64,000 nucleotides of DNA from an uncultured Candidatus Sumerlaeota bacterium (GCA_964389675.1 CAYMEV010000015.1:1-64000); one strand, 5' to 3'. Shown: positions 1-10,514, counted from the first letter of the stretch. Notes: generated by a model from the sequence alone, not told the origin. Numbers and translations are program-made.

Positions 1-690
1 ATCTATTCAATGGTTTTTTCAGTATTCTTAAGGCAGGATTCACCGCATATACAGCCATATGCTGTTTTTCTTTTCAGCGGTCTTTTGCCCTGGATCTGGT
101 TTACAACATCCATTCTCGAATCAACGGGTTCCTTATTTGAAGGCGGTAACCTTGTCAAGAAGGTAATTTTCCCGACTGAGATACTGCCAATTGTAAAGAT
201 ACTGTCAAACCTTGTTAATTTTCTGTTCAGCCTGATCATGCTTATCCCGTTCAATATATACTACTTTGCTGTTAAAACACCCGAAAACCCTCTTTACAAC
301 CCGATATCGGCAAATCTTCTTTTCCTTCCTTTAATCATAATAATTCACATGGCTCTCATGACCGGGATTTCATTAATGCTGTCATCTCTTAATGTTCATT
401 TCAGGGATATACAGCAGCTGATCGGCAACTTTTTAACATTCTGGTTTTTCCTCACCCCTATTATCTACCCTAAAGAAATCCTGATAGAGAATAGCAGTCT
501 GCTTTTTCGCCTGCAGTATAAATTGAATCCCCTTGCACATATTAACAGTGCATATCAGAGCATATTCTTTTATGGCAGGATGCCTGACCCCGTAGCTATG
601 CTTAGAATGGCAGTGTTTTCCATAATATTATTCTATATCGGCTACTGGGTATTTGATAGAATGCGGGATTCATTCTCTGAGGTCGTATAG
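1..690 (+). CDS. wzm: ABC-2 polysaccharide exporter permease (Wzm/RfbA-like), 5'-truncated by the window edge
   Basis: Frame is open from position 1. Multiple TM segments and family motifs GLLPWIWF, NLVKKVIFP, FRDIQQL, FFLTPIIYP, LNPL. Immediately followed by a Wzt ATPase. Confidence 0.9.
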   Translation: MYSMVFSVFLRQDSPHIQPYAVFLFSGLLPWIWFTTSILESTGSLFEGGNLVKKVIFPTEILPIVKILSNLVNFLFSLIMLIPFNIYYFAVKTPENPLYNPISANLLFLPLIIIIHMALMTGISLMLSSLNVHFRDIQQLIGNFLTFWFFLTPIIYPKEILIENSSLLFRLQYKLNPLAHINSAYQSIFFYGRMPDPVAMLRMAVFSIILFYIGYWVFDRMRDSFSEVV

Positions 691-692
691 TT

Positions 693-2033
693 ATGAAAGA
701 AACATATCCAGTTATCATTAATGATATTACAAAGGTCTACAGAAAATGGGACAGGGCTAAAAAATTCCTGACTATCAAAAGTGCCTTATTAAAAGGGGAG
801 CTCTTTAACACCCTTATGGACAGCAATTCAAAAGTATTCTATGCACTCAAAAATATCAGCTATAAGGTCAAAAAGGGTATCACACTTGGTATAATCGGTA
901 AAAACGGATCAGGAAAAAGTACACTTCTTAAAATAATAGCCGGCATAACAAAGCCCGCAGAGGGATATGTAAAAACAAATGGAAAGGTAACTGCACTCCT
1001 GGAACTGGGGGCTGGATTCCACCCGGAAATATCAGGTAGAGAGAATATTTTTATAAATGGAATTATGCTGGGCCTCACCAAAAGGGAATTAAATGAAAAA
1101 TTTGATGATATTGTCGAGTTCAGCGAACTTGAAGATTTTATTGATGCTCCTGTTAAGACCTACAGCTCCGGAATGTATATGAGGCTGGCCTTTAGCGTCG
1201 CAATCAATGTAAATCCGGATATACTGCTAATAGATGAGGTCCTCGCAGTTGGTGATAAATCTTTTACAAACAAGTGCCTCGAACGCATAAAACAGCTGAA
1301 GCAGCTTGGAAAGACAATAATATTCGTCTCTCACAGCCTTCAGACCATTGAAATGCTCTGCGATGAGGTCATCTGGCTTGATAAAGGCAAGCTTATAAAT
1401 GCAGGAAAGCCAAGAGAAACAATTGAAGAATACCTTTTGAAAATGGCTGAGGATGAAGAAAAAAAGATAAATGTAATACAGAGCAAAACAAGCAGCAAGG
1501 TTGATAAGCATAATCATCTCAAGGTCTATGAAGAATCTCATCAGGATACAGATAAAAAATATCTTGTTGAAATAATATCAGAACCTGATGATACTAATCC
1601 CTTTCCGAGAAAAAGATGGGGTTCCAGGGAAGCAGAAATTCGCAGCGTAGAGATTTTTGACAATAAAAAACGCATAAGATGGGTACTGAAGACCGGTGAA
1701 GATATACTAATCAGAATCCATTATAAAGCCAGCAAACTGATCAAAAACCCTGTTATTGGCATTGGAATCTACAGGATTGATGATTTATGCATATTTGCAA
1801 CAAATACATTTCTGGACAAATTTGAGATTGACCATATAGAAGGAGAGGGATTTATCGATATACCTATATCCCATCTGAATCTGCTCCCAAACATATACTT
1901 TCTTGATGTAGCAATTCACACATTAGAAGGCTTCCCATATGATTACCATTACAGGCTGATAAGATTCAAGGTGTATTCAGATCTCAATGATCTTGGCATA
2001 TGCAGGCTAAGCCACAAATGGGAGATACAGTAA
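693..2033 (+). CDS. wzt: Polysaccharide ABC exporter ATP-binding subunit with C-terminal Wzt carbohydrate-binding domain
   Basis: Walker A GKNGSGKST, LLELGAGFHPE, signature YSSGMYMRLAFS, Walker B LLIDEVLAVGD, and a beta-rich C-terminal domain (RWGSREAEI...). Confidence 0.92.
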   Translation: MKETYPVIINDITKVYRKWDRAKKFLTIKSALLKGELFNTLMDSNSKVFYALKNISYKVKKGITLGIIGKNGSGKSTLLKIIAGITKPAEGYVKTNGKVTALLELGAGFHPEISGRENIFINGIMLGLTKRELNEKFDDIVEFSELEDFIDAPVKTYSSGMYMRLAFSVAINVNPDILLIDEVLAVGDKSFTNKCLERIKQLKQLGKTIIFVSHSLQTIEMLCDEVIWLDKGKLINAGKPRETIEEYLLKMAEDEEKKINVIQSKTSSKVDKHNHLKVYEESHQDTDKKYLVEIISEPDDTNPFPRKRWGSREAEIRSVEIFDNKKRIRWVLKTGEDILIRIHYKASKLIKNPVIGIGIYRIDDLCIFATNTFLDKFEIDHIEGEGFIDIPISHLNLLPNIYFLDVAIHTLEGFPYDYHYRLIRFKVYSDLNDLGICRLSHKWEIQ

Positions 2034-2034
2034 T

Positions 2035-2970
2035 ATGGAAGAATCCTATAATATAGGATTGTACAGCTCCTATTTCAGTTCTGACAAAGAATCGGGAACA
2101 TATAGCCAGAAAAGCCTTATAAAGGCAATAAACCGCCTTGGCCACTCATATACCATAATGGTTCCCTCCAAATTCGTATTTAATGTTTCAAATAAAAACA
2201 CAAGGGTATTTTATGATTCCCGGGACCTGGATATAGACGGGCTCATAATAAGGGGCACACATGGCGCCAAGGTTCCGACATCCCTCCTGGTGAACTGCAT
2301 GTGGTACCAGAACATCCCTACCATTGATAAAAGACAGGCATTTTCCGGTCAGTACATGACAAAATTCGGTGCGCTTTTGAGAAGGTACTCAGAATTAAGA
2401 GAATATGTTCCGGATACATTTCTGATATACAGCAGGGAAAGCGCTTACAGCCTTATAAAATCTCATTCCATTTGTGCACCTCTTATCAGAAAACCGATCC
2501 ATGGAACAAGGGGCGTAGGGGTAAAAGTGCTGACTAAAAATGACATTATCAAGGAATACATTGATAATTACGATTTCCATGAGCCTCTCCTTCTTCAGAA
2601 ATATATAGAAAATGCCCGGGAATTTAGATCCATTGTGGTAAATAATAAATGCCTTGGCGTAGTAAGGAAGATTCCAAATAAAGATGGAATTGGCAATTAT
2701 TCTCAGGGTGCTGAATTCATCGAGCCCGATTCGGCAACAGATTCCATCATCAGGGGAATATCTCTTGAAGTAGCAGGCAGATGCCCCTATGATGTACTTG
2801 GCATAGACATACTTATCCGTCCTGAAAATGACCTGTATATAATTGAAGCTAACAGAAATCCGCAGTACAGGGGTTTTGAAACGGTCTATCCCAATATAGA
2901 CGTTGCCAGCCATATTGTGTCGCTTTTAGCAGAACGGATAAAAAAAGCCAGGGACAGGAAAAAGAGATAA
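2035..2970 (+). CDS. RimK/LysX-family ATP-grasp amino acid ligase
   Basis: Motifs PLIRKPIHGTRGVGV, LLQKYI, EFRSIVV, NYSQGA, GIDIL, IIEANRNPQYRG. Starts 1 nt after the wzt stop. Confidence 0.8.
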   Translation: MEESYNIGLYSSYFSSDKESGTYSQKSLIKAINRLGHSYTIMVPSKFVFNVSNKNTRVFYDSRDLDIDGLIIRGTHGAKVPTSLLVNCMWYQNIPTIDKRQAFSGQYMTKFGALLRRYSELREYVPDTFLIYSRESAYSLIKSHSICAPLIRKPIHGTRGVGVKVLTKNDIIKEYIDNYDFHEPLLLQKYIENAREFRSIVVNNKCLGVVRKIPNKDGIGNYSQGAEFIEPDSATDSIIRGISLEVAGRCPYDVLGIDILIRPENDLYIIEANRNPQYRGFETVYPNIDVASHIVSLLAERIKKARDRKKR

Positions 2971-2971
2971 G

Positions 2972-5317
2972 CTAACCGCCTGTTTTACTCTTGCTGCTGA
3001 ATTCAGCGGCAGCATTCTTAATAAAGCCCCTTTCATCCTCCATCATCTTTTTTATAATGTCTTCTGCCGGGGGTTCTTTATTATCAAAAAGAATCTCCAG
3101 TATCAGATTAATAATGAAGCCGCGGTCTTCCCTTTCCAACAATTTCTGGCTCTTTCCCCATAAAACATCTTCAATAAATTCAAAGGACTCTTTGCTTGAT
3201 ATTCCATGGAGAGACGTCATTATAGATTCCAGCAGTTTTTTATTCCTGCCTGAAAACAGCTGATCTCCTCTAAGATAATCTTTTATTGGCTTCAGAAAGT
3301 TCAGGAGCTCATTTGCCTGAAGGCTGTTAAGTATCTGCAGTTTCATTTTGTCATCAAGATCCAGAAATTTTTCACTCAGGGCTTTTATTGCAGATTCAGA
3401 CCTTATTTTAAGAAGAGCCTTTACGGCTTCTTTGGATATTCTCCGGTCATCATGGACAAGGAATTTCTTTATCAGAAAAATAGTTGACTCAAACCCAGTC
3501 TCTCCGAGTATAAAGATTATATTGCGATATACATGCCATGGATAGTCTTTTTCAAGCTCCTGTATAATCGAGTCTACTACAGCCTCCTCTGCTCTGGAAA
3601 GATAGCGGGCAGCCTTTTTGCCTGCTTTTTTATCTATGGGATTCTTAATAAATTTCATCACCGGGTTTATGAATTCATCCGGATATGATTCCATTAGCTT
3701 GACCTCCGGGCTGTCAGGAGTGGATACTCCTTCCATATAATCCTTTACTGCAGAATCATAGTATGGTTGCTTGTCTATTCTGTTATATATGCTGTAAGCA
3801 AAATATACCTGCTCTTTCTCTCTGGATGAACCCTCATTTTCAATCTGGTTTTTCAATGAGAAAAGAAGCATGCCTGCAATGTCAAAATATCCGCATTTAT
3901 AAAGAAGGCCGATGTTCTGTTCCAGAACAAATATCAGGCCGGCATACCAGACTGAAAGCTCTGTTTCGCTTTCTGCCTGACTTAGCATGCTTTTAACAAT
4001 ATCACTTATTGTATTTTTTTCTGCTTCTGGGTCCGAGATCAGGTTGTTTAATTCTTCAGAATAATATTTCAAAAACTCATCATAGGGCATCCGATCATTG
4101 TAGATGCTTTTCCTTATTTCGTCAAAAACCCTGGTATGGTCGCTTTTATCCAAAACCCTGAATAACTGTCCAATGCTCCTTATTTTTGGAAACTCATCTA
4201 TCTTGGGAAAATTAGCCCTGATATCATTCAGAATCATTTCGTCAATCTTAAGCTTATGCTGACCTGATTGTTCAGCTTCTTCTGCCAGGGAGCCGCTTAA
4301 GCTCTTTTCATTCTTTGGTGAAAGGGAGTGGATATAACTTTGCAGTTTCTGCAGAAATTCTTTGACTCTCTTCCTGTAAAGATCTTTTTTATCCGGATGA
4401 AGCTTTTCAGTCTGCAGGTTGAACTGAGGTTCAAGCCTTTCTATTTCATCTACAAAAGCGCCTAAGGTCCTGTCATCAAGATATAAGATCAATTTATCAG
4501 CATCAATAGTGGGTTTCTTCTGAGTTGCGACCCGTGTCATCAGAAAGCTGGTGCTAAGATCAGGCGATATGTTCTTAAGCATGGAGAAAAGCCCTACAAG
4601 ATATTCCTCCTTATCCTCGGGAATAAGGTTTGCCAGCTTATTAAGGGCTGTTGTCATATTTCTGTTCTTCTGAACGTGGGACATTTCATAATTGTTTGAT
4701 ATCAATGAATTCAATACCCTGCCAACACTCTCAGGATCTCCGTAAAATCTGTTCAGATCCAGCCCCTGATCAATTTTATCTAAAACCCGCCCTTTATCAG
4801 GTTTTATCAGCCTGTTTTTTATTATATCAGCTATATCTACCTCAGCTTCATCCAGAGCTTCCTTGTCCTTTCTTGCCATTGCTATGTATATTGTCTCATC
4901 AACCTTTATTTTATTTATTCCCCTCCTGGCCATTATTTCCTGCAATGAAGATTTTTCGGTGAGGGCTTTTGATTTTATCTCATTAATGATCTTGAAAAAA
5001 GCTACTAATTCATTTTTTTCCACACCCTTGTAAACAGTGATTGATTTCAGGTCAAGAAGCTCAAAGAGTGATTGGATTGAAATGATTATAGGGTTTTTAT
5101 TTTGTTTATCATCCATAATTTTGTCATTTACAATTATCTTCCCTTCGGCTCTTGATATATTAAAAACATCTTCTTCTGCTTTAGACTCAAAATATCCTGA
5201 CAAGCGGTTTGTTAATGCATCCAGTGTCCTTGTTACAAGCTTATTCTCAGCAGGGTAAAGCCTCAGGGTGGTAATGCAGGAATTCAGTTCCTTCAGAATA
5301 CCTATAGATACTTCCAA
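2972..5317 (-). CDS. Large helical protein with C-terminal HEAT/PBS-lyase-like repeats
   Basis: 781-aa ORF with TTG start and AGGAGA RBS. HEAT-like segments (WHVYRNIIFILGETG, DRRISKEAVKALLKI). Confidence 0.65.
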   Translation of the reverse strand: MEVSIGILKELNSCITTLRLYPAENKLVTRTLDALTNRLSGYFESKAEEDVFNISRAEGKIIVNDKIMDDKQNKNPIIISIQSLFELLDLKSITVYKGVEKNELVAFFKIINEIKSKALTEKSSLQEIMARRGINKIKVDETIYIAMARKDKEALDEAEVDIADIIKNRLIKPDKGRVLDKIDQGLDLNRFYGDPESVGRVLNSLISNNYEMSHVQKNRNMTTALNKLANLIPEDKEEYLVGLFSMLKNISPDLSTSFLMTRVATQKKPTIDADKLILYLDDRTLGAFVDEIERLEPQFNLQTEKLHPDKKDLYRKRVKEFLQKLQSYIHSLSPKNEKSLSGSLAEEAEQSGQHKLKIDEMILNDIRANFPKIDEFPKIRSIGQLFRVLDKSDHTRVFDEIRKSIYNDRMPYDEFLKYYSEELNNLISDPEAEKNTISDIVKSMLSQAESETELSVWYAGLIFVLEQNIGLLYKCGYFDIAGMLLFSLKNQIENEGSSREKEQVYFAYSIYNRIDKQPYYDSAVKDYMEGVSTPDSPEVKLMESYPDEFINPVMKFIKNPIDKKAGKKAARYLSRAEEAVVDSIIQELEKDYPWHVYRNIIFILGETGFESTIFLIKKFLVHDDRRISKEAVKALLKIRSESAIKALSEKFLDLDDKMKLQILNSLQANELLNFLKPIKDYLRGDQLFSGRNKKLLESIMTSLHGISSKESFEFIEDVLWGKSQKLLEREDRGFIINLILEILFDNKEPPAEDIIKKMMEDERGFIKNAAAEFSSKSKTGG

Positions 5318-5482
5318 CCAGAATCTCCTTAGAATAATTTATTTCATAGGCTTTATACTATCATAAATCAGTTTCTAATTAAAATAATTTTTAAACACAA
5401 ACTAAAAACCTTTCGTATATATAATAGAAAGATAAAGGAAAAGTACGCTTTCTAATATATGTTTAATTTTCAGGAGGATTTT

Positions 5483-7246
5483 ATGCATAGAACATCAAAG
5501 TTAATGTCGATTTTATTGATCTTGGCCATTTTTAGCCTCGTCCAGCTTTCATGTAAAAAAGGGACTGTATCGCAGGATATAAATAATTGCATACCTGAAA
5601 ATACAATTTCTTATATAAAGATTAACAAAATATACCAGTATAAGACTCAGCTTCTGGGAAACGAGGAAGATTTCAACAAAATAGCAGAAGAGCTTTTAAA
5701 TCTCATTGTAAAGAGCCTGGATAAGCATAATCCTGAAACAAAATATCATAATATGGCGGTTGATTTCTTTTCATTTTTCAACGATGACCTGCTTATAAAA
5801 ATATTGAAGGAACAGGCTGTAATAGGAATGGTAAGCGATGAGAAATCTGTTCCTTCTCCTTTTGTACTGATTTCATATTCCAGGGAAAATACGGATTCTT
5901 TTGATGCTTTTTACGATAATCTGGAAGACCTGTTTGAAAAGTACAGCTCGGAATCAATTGAAGATGAGCACAAAAACATTAATTACCGGACTTTTATTAT
6001 GGAAATTGATCAGGAACTCCAGGATCCATCAAAAAATATATTTGAAAAAATCCATATGGCCAGTATTGAGAACATGATTATGCTCTCAGCCCATAAAGAT
6101 GGGTTCAAGAATCTTATTGAGCTTTTATCGGGTCAGTCAGATGATAATATATATAAAAACCCATCCTATCAATCCCACATGAAAAAAGGCATATTTTATG
6201 ATGATTCCCCTTTGGAATACTACTACAGTATAAGCAATGTATTGAAAAATGAGTCATCCCTGGCCTTAAATAATGAAAAGGCTAAAGCTTATGAGGCTTT
6301 TTTCAGGGGTATTACATCCATTGTTGACAGCATATCTGTAAGCCTGGATAAAAATACCGGAGATTTACAGCTAAAGTCATTTATTTTGCTGAATGAACAG
6401 ATTAAGGATAAAAAATTACTTTCCCTTTTTAAGATAAAGCCTAAAAAATTCAATTTTTTGCAGTATGTACCCAAAGAAAGCCTCTTTATCGGGGGATATC
6501 AAATATGTAATGCAGCGGATGTATATGATTATATTGCAAACGATTCACCTCTTCCTCCAGAGATAAAGGAAAATATTACCCGGTACTCTGAGAATATTGA
6601 CCCAAAAACTGAATTGATTCTAAAGGATGATATAATTGATTTATTAGGGCAGGAGATGGGGTTTGCCCTGCTGAATTATGGCAATTTCGGCTTCCTCGGC
6701 ACGGAAGCGGTATTGTACCTGCAGCATAACAGCATGGAAAAAACCGGAAAACTGCTTGATAAATTTGAAAAAATTGCATCCGAGCATCAGCCTTTTAAAA
6801 ACTATAATGAAACCTATAATGATTATGAATTTACTGTATATCCGCTTGGTATTCTATCTCCTTCACTGCTTCTTACGGATGATTTTTTGATAATTGCCTC
6901 GACCAGGATAGCAGTCAAAAAGGTAATAGATACGATCAATGACAAAAATCTGAATATGTTTAAGGACCCTGTTTATTCGGAAAACATAAGGGAGATGAGG
7001 ATAGATGATAAAGCCAATATTATCTATATCTCAAAGAATGATGAAATTCTGGACAATTTCCTTTCGACATTAAAAACCATTGAAAGTTTTTCTGAAAAGG
7101 CTGAAAACCATATTCCTTCACAAAAATCAATGTTTGAACTATCCAGCAGTATAATTAACTATCTTAATGTTTTTAAATCCTCTGCCCTTAAAGGTTATCT
7201 TACAGATGATGGATATATGATAGAAGCAGTCCAGAAAAAGAAATAG
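5483..7246 (+). CDS. Putative lipoprotein, DUF3352-like
   Basis: AGGAGG RBS before ATG 5483; lipobox-like VQLS-C. Two repeated modules (CIPENT / YVPKES, LGQEMGFAL, DDFLIIASTRIAVKKVID). Confidence 0.6.
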   Translation: MHRTSKLMSILLILAIFSLVQLSCKKGTVSQDINNCIPENTISYIKINKIYQYKTQLLGNEEDFNKIAEELLNLIVKSLDKHNPETKYHNMAVDFFSFFNDDLLIKILKEQAVIGMVSDEKSVPSPFVLISYSRENTDSFDAFYDNLEDLFEKYSSESIEDEHKNINYRTFIMEIDQELQDPSKNIFEKIHMASIENMIMLSAHKDGFKNLIELLSGQSDDNIYKNPSYQSHMKKGIFYDDSPLEYYYSISNVLKNESSLALNNEKAKAYEAFFRGITSIVDSISVSLDKNTGDLQLKSFILLNEQIKDKKLLSLFKIKPKKFNFLQYVPKESLFIGGYQICNAADVYDYIANDSPLPPEIKENITRYSENIDPKTELILKDDIIDLLGQEMGFALLNYGNFGFLGTEAVLYLQHNSMEKTGKLLDKFEKIASEHQPFKNYNETYNDYEFTVYPLGILSPSLLLTDDFLIIASTRIAVKKVIDTINDKNLNMFKDPVYSENIREMRIDDKANIIYISKNDEILDNFLSTLKTIESFSEKAENHIPSQKSMFELSSSIINYLNVFKSSALKGYLTDDGYMIEAVQKKK

Positions 7247-7248
7247 GT

Positions 7249-7911
7249 TTACTTTAATTCTTCCTCTAATTCTTCTTTTAAAGCCCTGAGTCTGTCCATC
7301 ACACGTTCAACAATGGCCTTTGCAGTTTCCTTATCGTCTTTCATGCAATACAAATCTTCCAGTTCAACAGGGGGCCCTATATTTATATAGACCTTCCTGA
7401 ACAGCCTGGGCAAAATAGAACCCTTTGGAAGTATATTCTGTGTACCTCTTATATATAATGGGATGACACATGTTTTACCAAGGTAGATGATTTTCCCGAC
7501 TGCCTTTTTTGCTTTTCCAAGCTTTATAACAGGCTGCCTGGTCCCTTCGGGATGTATCAGGACAAGATTGTTCCTGGAATTGGCGGCAATCTGCTCAAGG
7601 ATCTTCATATCAGCATATCCCCTGCTGACAGGAAATGCATTTAGCAGTCTTATCAGGTTGCCAAGCAGAGGGTTTTTGAAGAGTTCCTCCTTTGCAGGGA
7701 AAAAAACTGCCTTAGGAAAAAATATATGGCCTATGGCAAAAGAGTCCATGGCTGATATATGATTTGCACAGATCAATGCATATGAATGCTTTTTATAGTC
7801 ACTGTACCCCTTTATAATAAGCCTGTTAAAAATCCTGAAAAAGATAAAGCATAGCATTGCTGCCGGAGAATATATGAATATGTGTATCAGATTTCGGAAG
7901 AACAGTCTCAT
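7249..7911 (-). CDS. plsC: 1-acyl-sn-glycerol-3-phosphate acyltransferase (PlsC family)
   Basis: NHISAMD (HX4D), PAKEELF, FPVSRG and HPEGTR motifs. Confidence 0.85.
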   Translation of the reverse strand: MRLFFRNLIHIFIYSPAAMLCFIFFRIFNRLIIKGYSDYKKHSYALICANHISAMDSFAIGHIFFPKAVFFPAKEELFKNPLLGNLIRLLNAFPVSRGYADMKILEQIAANSRNNLVLIHPEGTRQPVIKLGKAKKAVGKIIYLGKTCVIPLYIRGTQNILPKGSILPRLFRKVYINIGPPVELEDLYCMKDDKETAKAIVERVMDRLRALKEELEEELK

Positions 7912-7944
7912 TTTACAATTACTGGTCTGGCATATAAATTGGAA

Positions 7945-9399
7945 TTATCTCTTCAACTGTGTCTTGATGATATTTAATATTGCCTGCTCCATCTCAGTGC
8001 CTATAGTATTTTTTACTGCAAAAAGCTGAGAATATAGAAGTTCATTCAGGCTGTCAGTCAGTATCTGCCTTCTTTGCCCTTTTGGTATGGCTGTGAGGTT
8101 TTCAAGTATCTGGTTTGCATCCAGAGTCCCGTCTTCTTCTATAGCATTGACATCCTTAAATACAGCATCTTGATCAAGCCCTTTGAAAAATGTACCCAGA
8201 ACAACGCTTGCTCCCTCTCCGATAGCAAATTTAACCGATTCATAGATTGTTGAGAATATATTATTGTACTGGTTTATTATATCAGTATACTCCATTAAAT
8301 CCTCATCCTTAATCTCCCGCGGTTCAGGAACAGCTGATGGTTCAGTTTTCTCTTCTGCAACGGGCTCTTTCTTCGGGGTCTTTTCAGGTTCCGGTTTGTG
8401 TCTCATCTTCTCGGTTTCTGATTTAAGATATTCCTTTTTCCTGATGCTATTGGTCGAGAGAAGGCCGTAAAGAATATGAACCGCCTCGAACTTATCAATA
8501 CCTGATGCTTCAACTATATCAGCAATGGTCTTTTCTCCGTCAACTATGTCCAGAACTACCAGTTCATCAGGTTCCAGATTGATATCTTTTCTGTTACTTG
8601 CCTTTTCGAATACAATATCCATGGAATCTATCTCTTTTCTGATGCGTGACCATTCATCGATCCTTCTAGCACCCTCCATTACCAGGTTTGTAAGGGAAAT
8701 AGGGATGAATATATCTGTATTTGCAGGAGGGTCTTCGTCAATAAAGCTAAAACTTCCCTTTTTCTCCATAAAAAGGTCATATATACTTTCTTCAAGCTGA
8801 TACCTGATTACCTGCATCAATACATCTGTAGAAATTTCTCTGTTTTCCAGGATAACAGTATTGATGTCCTTATTCTCCTCCTCTGCCTGCTTCTGTATTT
8901 TGTCTACAAGCATTCTGGATATCTTCTTTCTCTTTTTAAACATCTCAAGAAGATGCTCTTCAGGTTTGGTGCTGAGCGCTATATAAATCTCACCGCTGAC
9001 CATGAAAAATACCTTTTTGGCCTTTTCAAGCTCCAGGAAAAGCACTCCTGTTTTCTTTGCAGCATTGAGGAACATCAGTATATCCGATATTCCCACAGTA
9101 GCTATATCACCTTTGAACTGGATCTTTGATTTCTCTTCTGCAGATATATGGACTGCTGACACCATCATTTCAAGAAATTTGCCTATTTTTTCCCTTAGTT
9201 CAATATCCTTTTCACTTAATTCATCAGTTTCTTTCCTTTTTTCTTCCATCTTTAACAGAATAAAGTATCCGTCAGCAACTGAAAGCTTATACTTTTCGCC
9301 CGGGTTAATCAGCCTGTCCTGCATAATTTCCTCAGGTATCATCACCCTTCCTTCATTATCAACTTCAACAATGAAGCTTTTTGTTTCTACCTTCTTCAT
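7945..9399 (-). CDS. DUF4388 (PATAN-like) domain protein with N-terminal AbrB/SpoVT-like domain
   Basis: N-terminal VEVDNEGRVMIP (AbrB-like). DUF4388 signature FKGDIATVGISDILMFLNAAKKTGVL, GSFSFID, LVMEGARRIDEW. ATGA overlap with mglA. Confidence 0.75.
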   Translation of the reverse strand: MKKVETKSFIVEVDNEGRVMIPEEIMQDRLINPGEKYKLSVADGYFILLKMEEKRKETDELSEKDIELREKIGKFLEMMVSAVHISAEEKSKIQFKGDIATVGISDILMFLNAAKKTGVLFLELEKAKKVFFMVSGEIYIALSTKPEEHLLEMFKKRKKISRMLVDKIQKQAEEENKDINTVILENREISTDVLMQVIRYQLEESIYDLFMEKKGSFSFIDEDPPANTDIFIPISLTNLVMEGARRIDEWSRIRKEIDSMDIVFEKASNRKDINLEPDELVVLDIVDGEKTIADIVEASGIDKFEAVHILYGLLSTNSIRKKEYLKSETEKMRHKPEPEKTPKKEPVAEEKTEPSAVPEPREIKDEDLMEYTDIINQYNNIFSTIYESVKFAIGEGASVVLGTFFKGLDQDAVFKDVNAIEEDGTLDANQILENLTAIPKGQRRQILTDSLNELLYSQLFAVKNTIGTEMEQAILNIIKTQLKR

Positions 9400-10514
9400 T
9401 CGTCTTCAGTCACAACCTTTATATTTAGTGTAATTTCAAAGGTAATATCTTTTATCCTTGTTCCCTTGGGAATGGTAATTGGAGCTGAAATTACCTTCTT
9501 TATAACATCCTCCTGTATACTTTCTTCATCAATTTTAACTGCATTATTCTGAATTGGATGTTCCGTTTGATTTTCTTCCAGCTTTGGCGCCGGGCCAGAT
9601 ATCGAGGATGCTTTCCTTAAAGAATTTATTTCTTCTTCAACATCAAATTCCTCTTCAATCATATCTTTTCCCTGGTCGCCATAATCTTCCTGTTCTTTCT
9701 CCTGCTGATCCGGATAAGCAGTCTGCTCCCCGGACGCTTGCAAGTGATCTGTTTCCCGGGATTCGAGTTCCTTTTCCGAATTTTCTTCAGGGTTTTCAGT
9801 TTGTTTCTCCTGTATCTCAGGTTTTGACTTCAGTACATTTTCAGTAACCGGCTTATCTATCTTAACGAAACTGCCCGATCTTTGCTCAACAGCAGCAACA
9901 GTCTGTCCTGAAGGGGTTTTCTTGGACCTGTATTTCTTGGATAAAACCTCCAGAGTGAGCTTAGAAATCATTTTCAATGTCTCAAGGACTCCATCCCCGG
10001 ATGTTGCGCAGGCAGCAAGAAATGGCCTGTTTAAGCTGTTAATCCTTTTATTGAGTTCTTCGATTGAAACAATATCATTTAGATCTCTCTTATTATACTG
10101 CATTACCAGGGGAATACTTTCAATATCAATCCCCTCATCATGAAGGTTGTCCTTCAGGTTTTCAAAACTCTCAATATTGGCCGGCATCATCCTTCTCTGA
10201 GAATCTGCAACAAAAACAACCGAATCTGCTCCCTTTAATACCAGCTTCCTCGTGCTATTGTAAAAGACCTGTCCAGGAACCGTATACAACTGGAACCTTG
10301 TCCTCAGGCCGCCTATCTGCCCTAAATCCAGGGGCAGAAAATCAAAAAAAAGTGTCCTGTCTGATTTAGTTGCAAGTGATATCATTTTCCCCTTGGTTTT
10401 AGTCGGAACCTTTTTATAAATATACTGCAAATTAGTCGTTTTACCGCATAATCCTGGACCGTAGTATACAATTTTTGCAGTTATTTCCTTTGCCCCGTAA
10501 TTGAAAAGAACCAT
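9396..10514 (-). CDS. mglA: MglA-family small GTPase with long acidic C-terminal extension
   Basis: KIVYYGPGLCGKTTNL, DRTLFFDFLP, YTVPGQVFY and QYNKRDL match the myxobacterial MglA G-motifs. Confidence 0.9.
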   Translation of the reverse strand: MVLFNYGAKEITAKIVYYGPGLCGKTTNLQYIYKKVPTKTKGKMISLATKSDRTLFFDFLPLDLGQIGGLRTRFQLYTVPGQVFYNSTRKLVLKGADSVVFVADSQRRMMPANIESFENLKDNLHDEGIDIESIPLVMQYNKRDLNDIVSIEELNKRINSLNRPFLAACATSGDGVLETLKMISKLTLEVLSKKYRSKKTPSGQTVAAVEQRSGSFVKIDKPVTENVLKSKPEIQEKQTENPEENSEKELESRETDHLQASGEQTAYPDQQEKEQEDYGDQGKDMIEEEFDVEEEINSLRKASSISGPAPKLEENQTEHPIQNNAVKIDEESIQEDVIKKVISAPITIPKGTRIKDITFEITLNIKVVTEDE

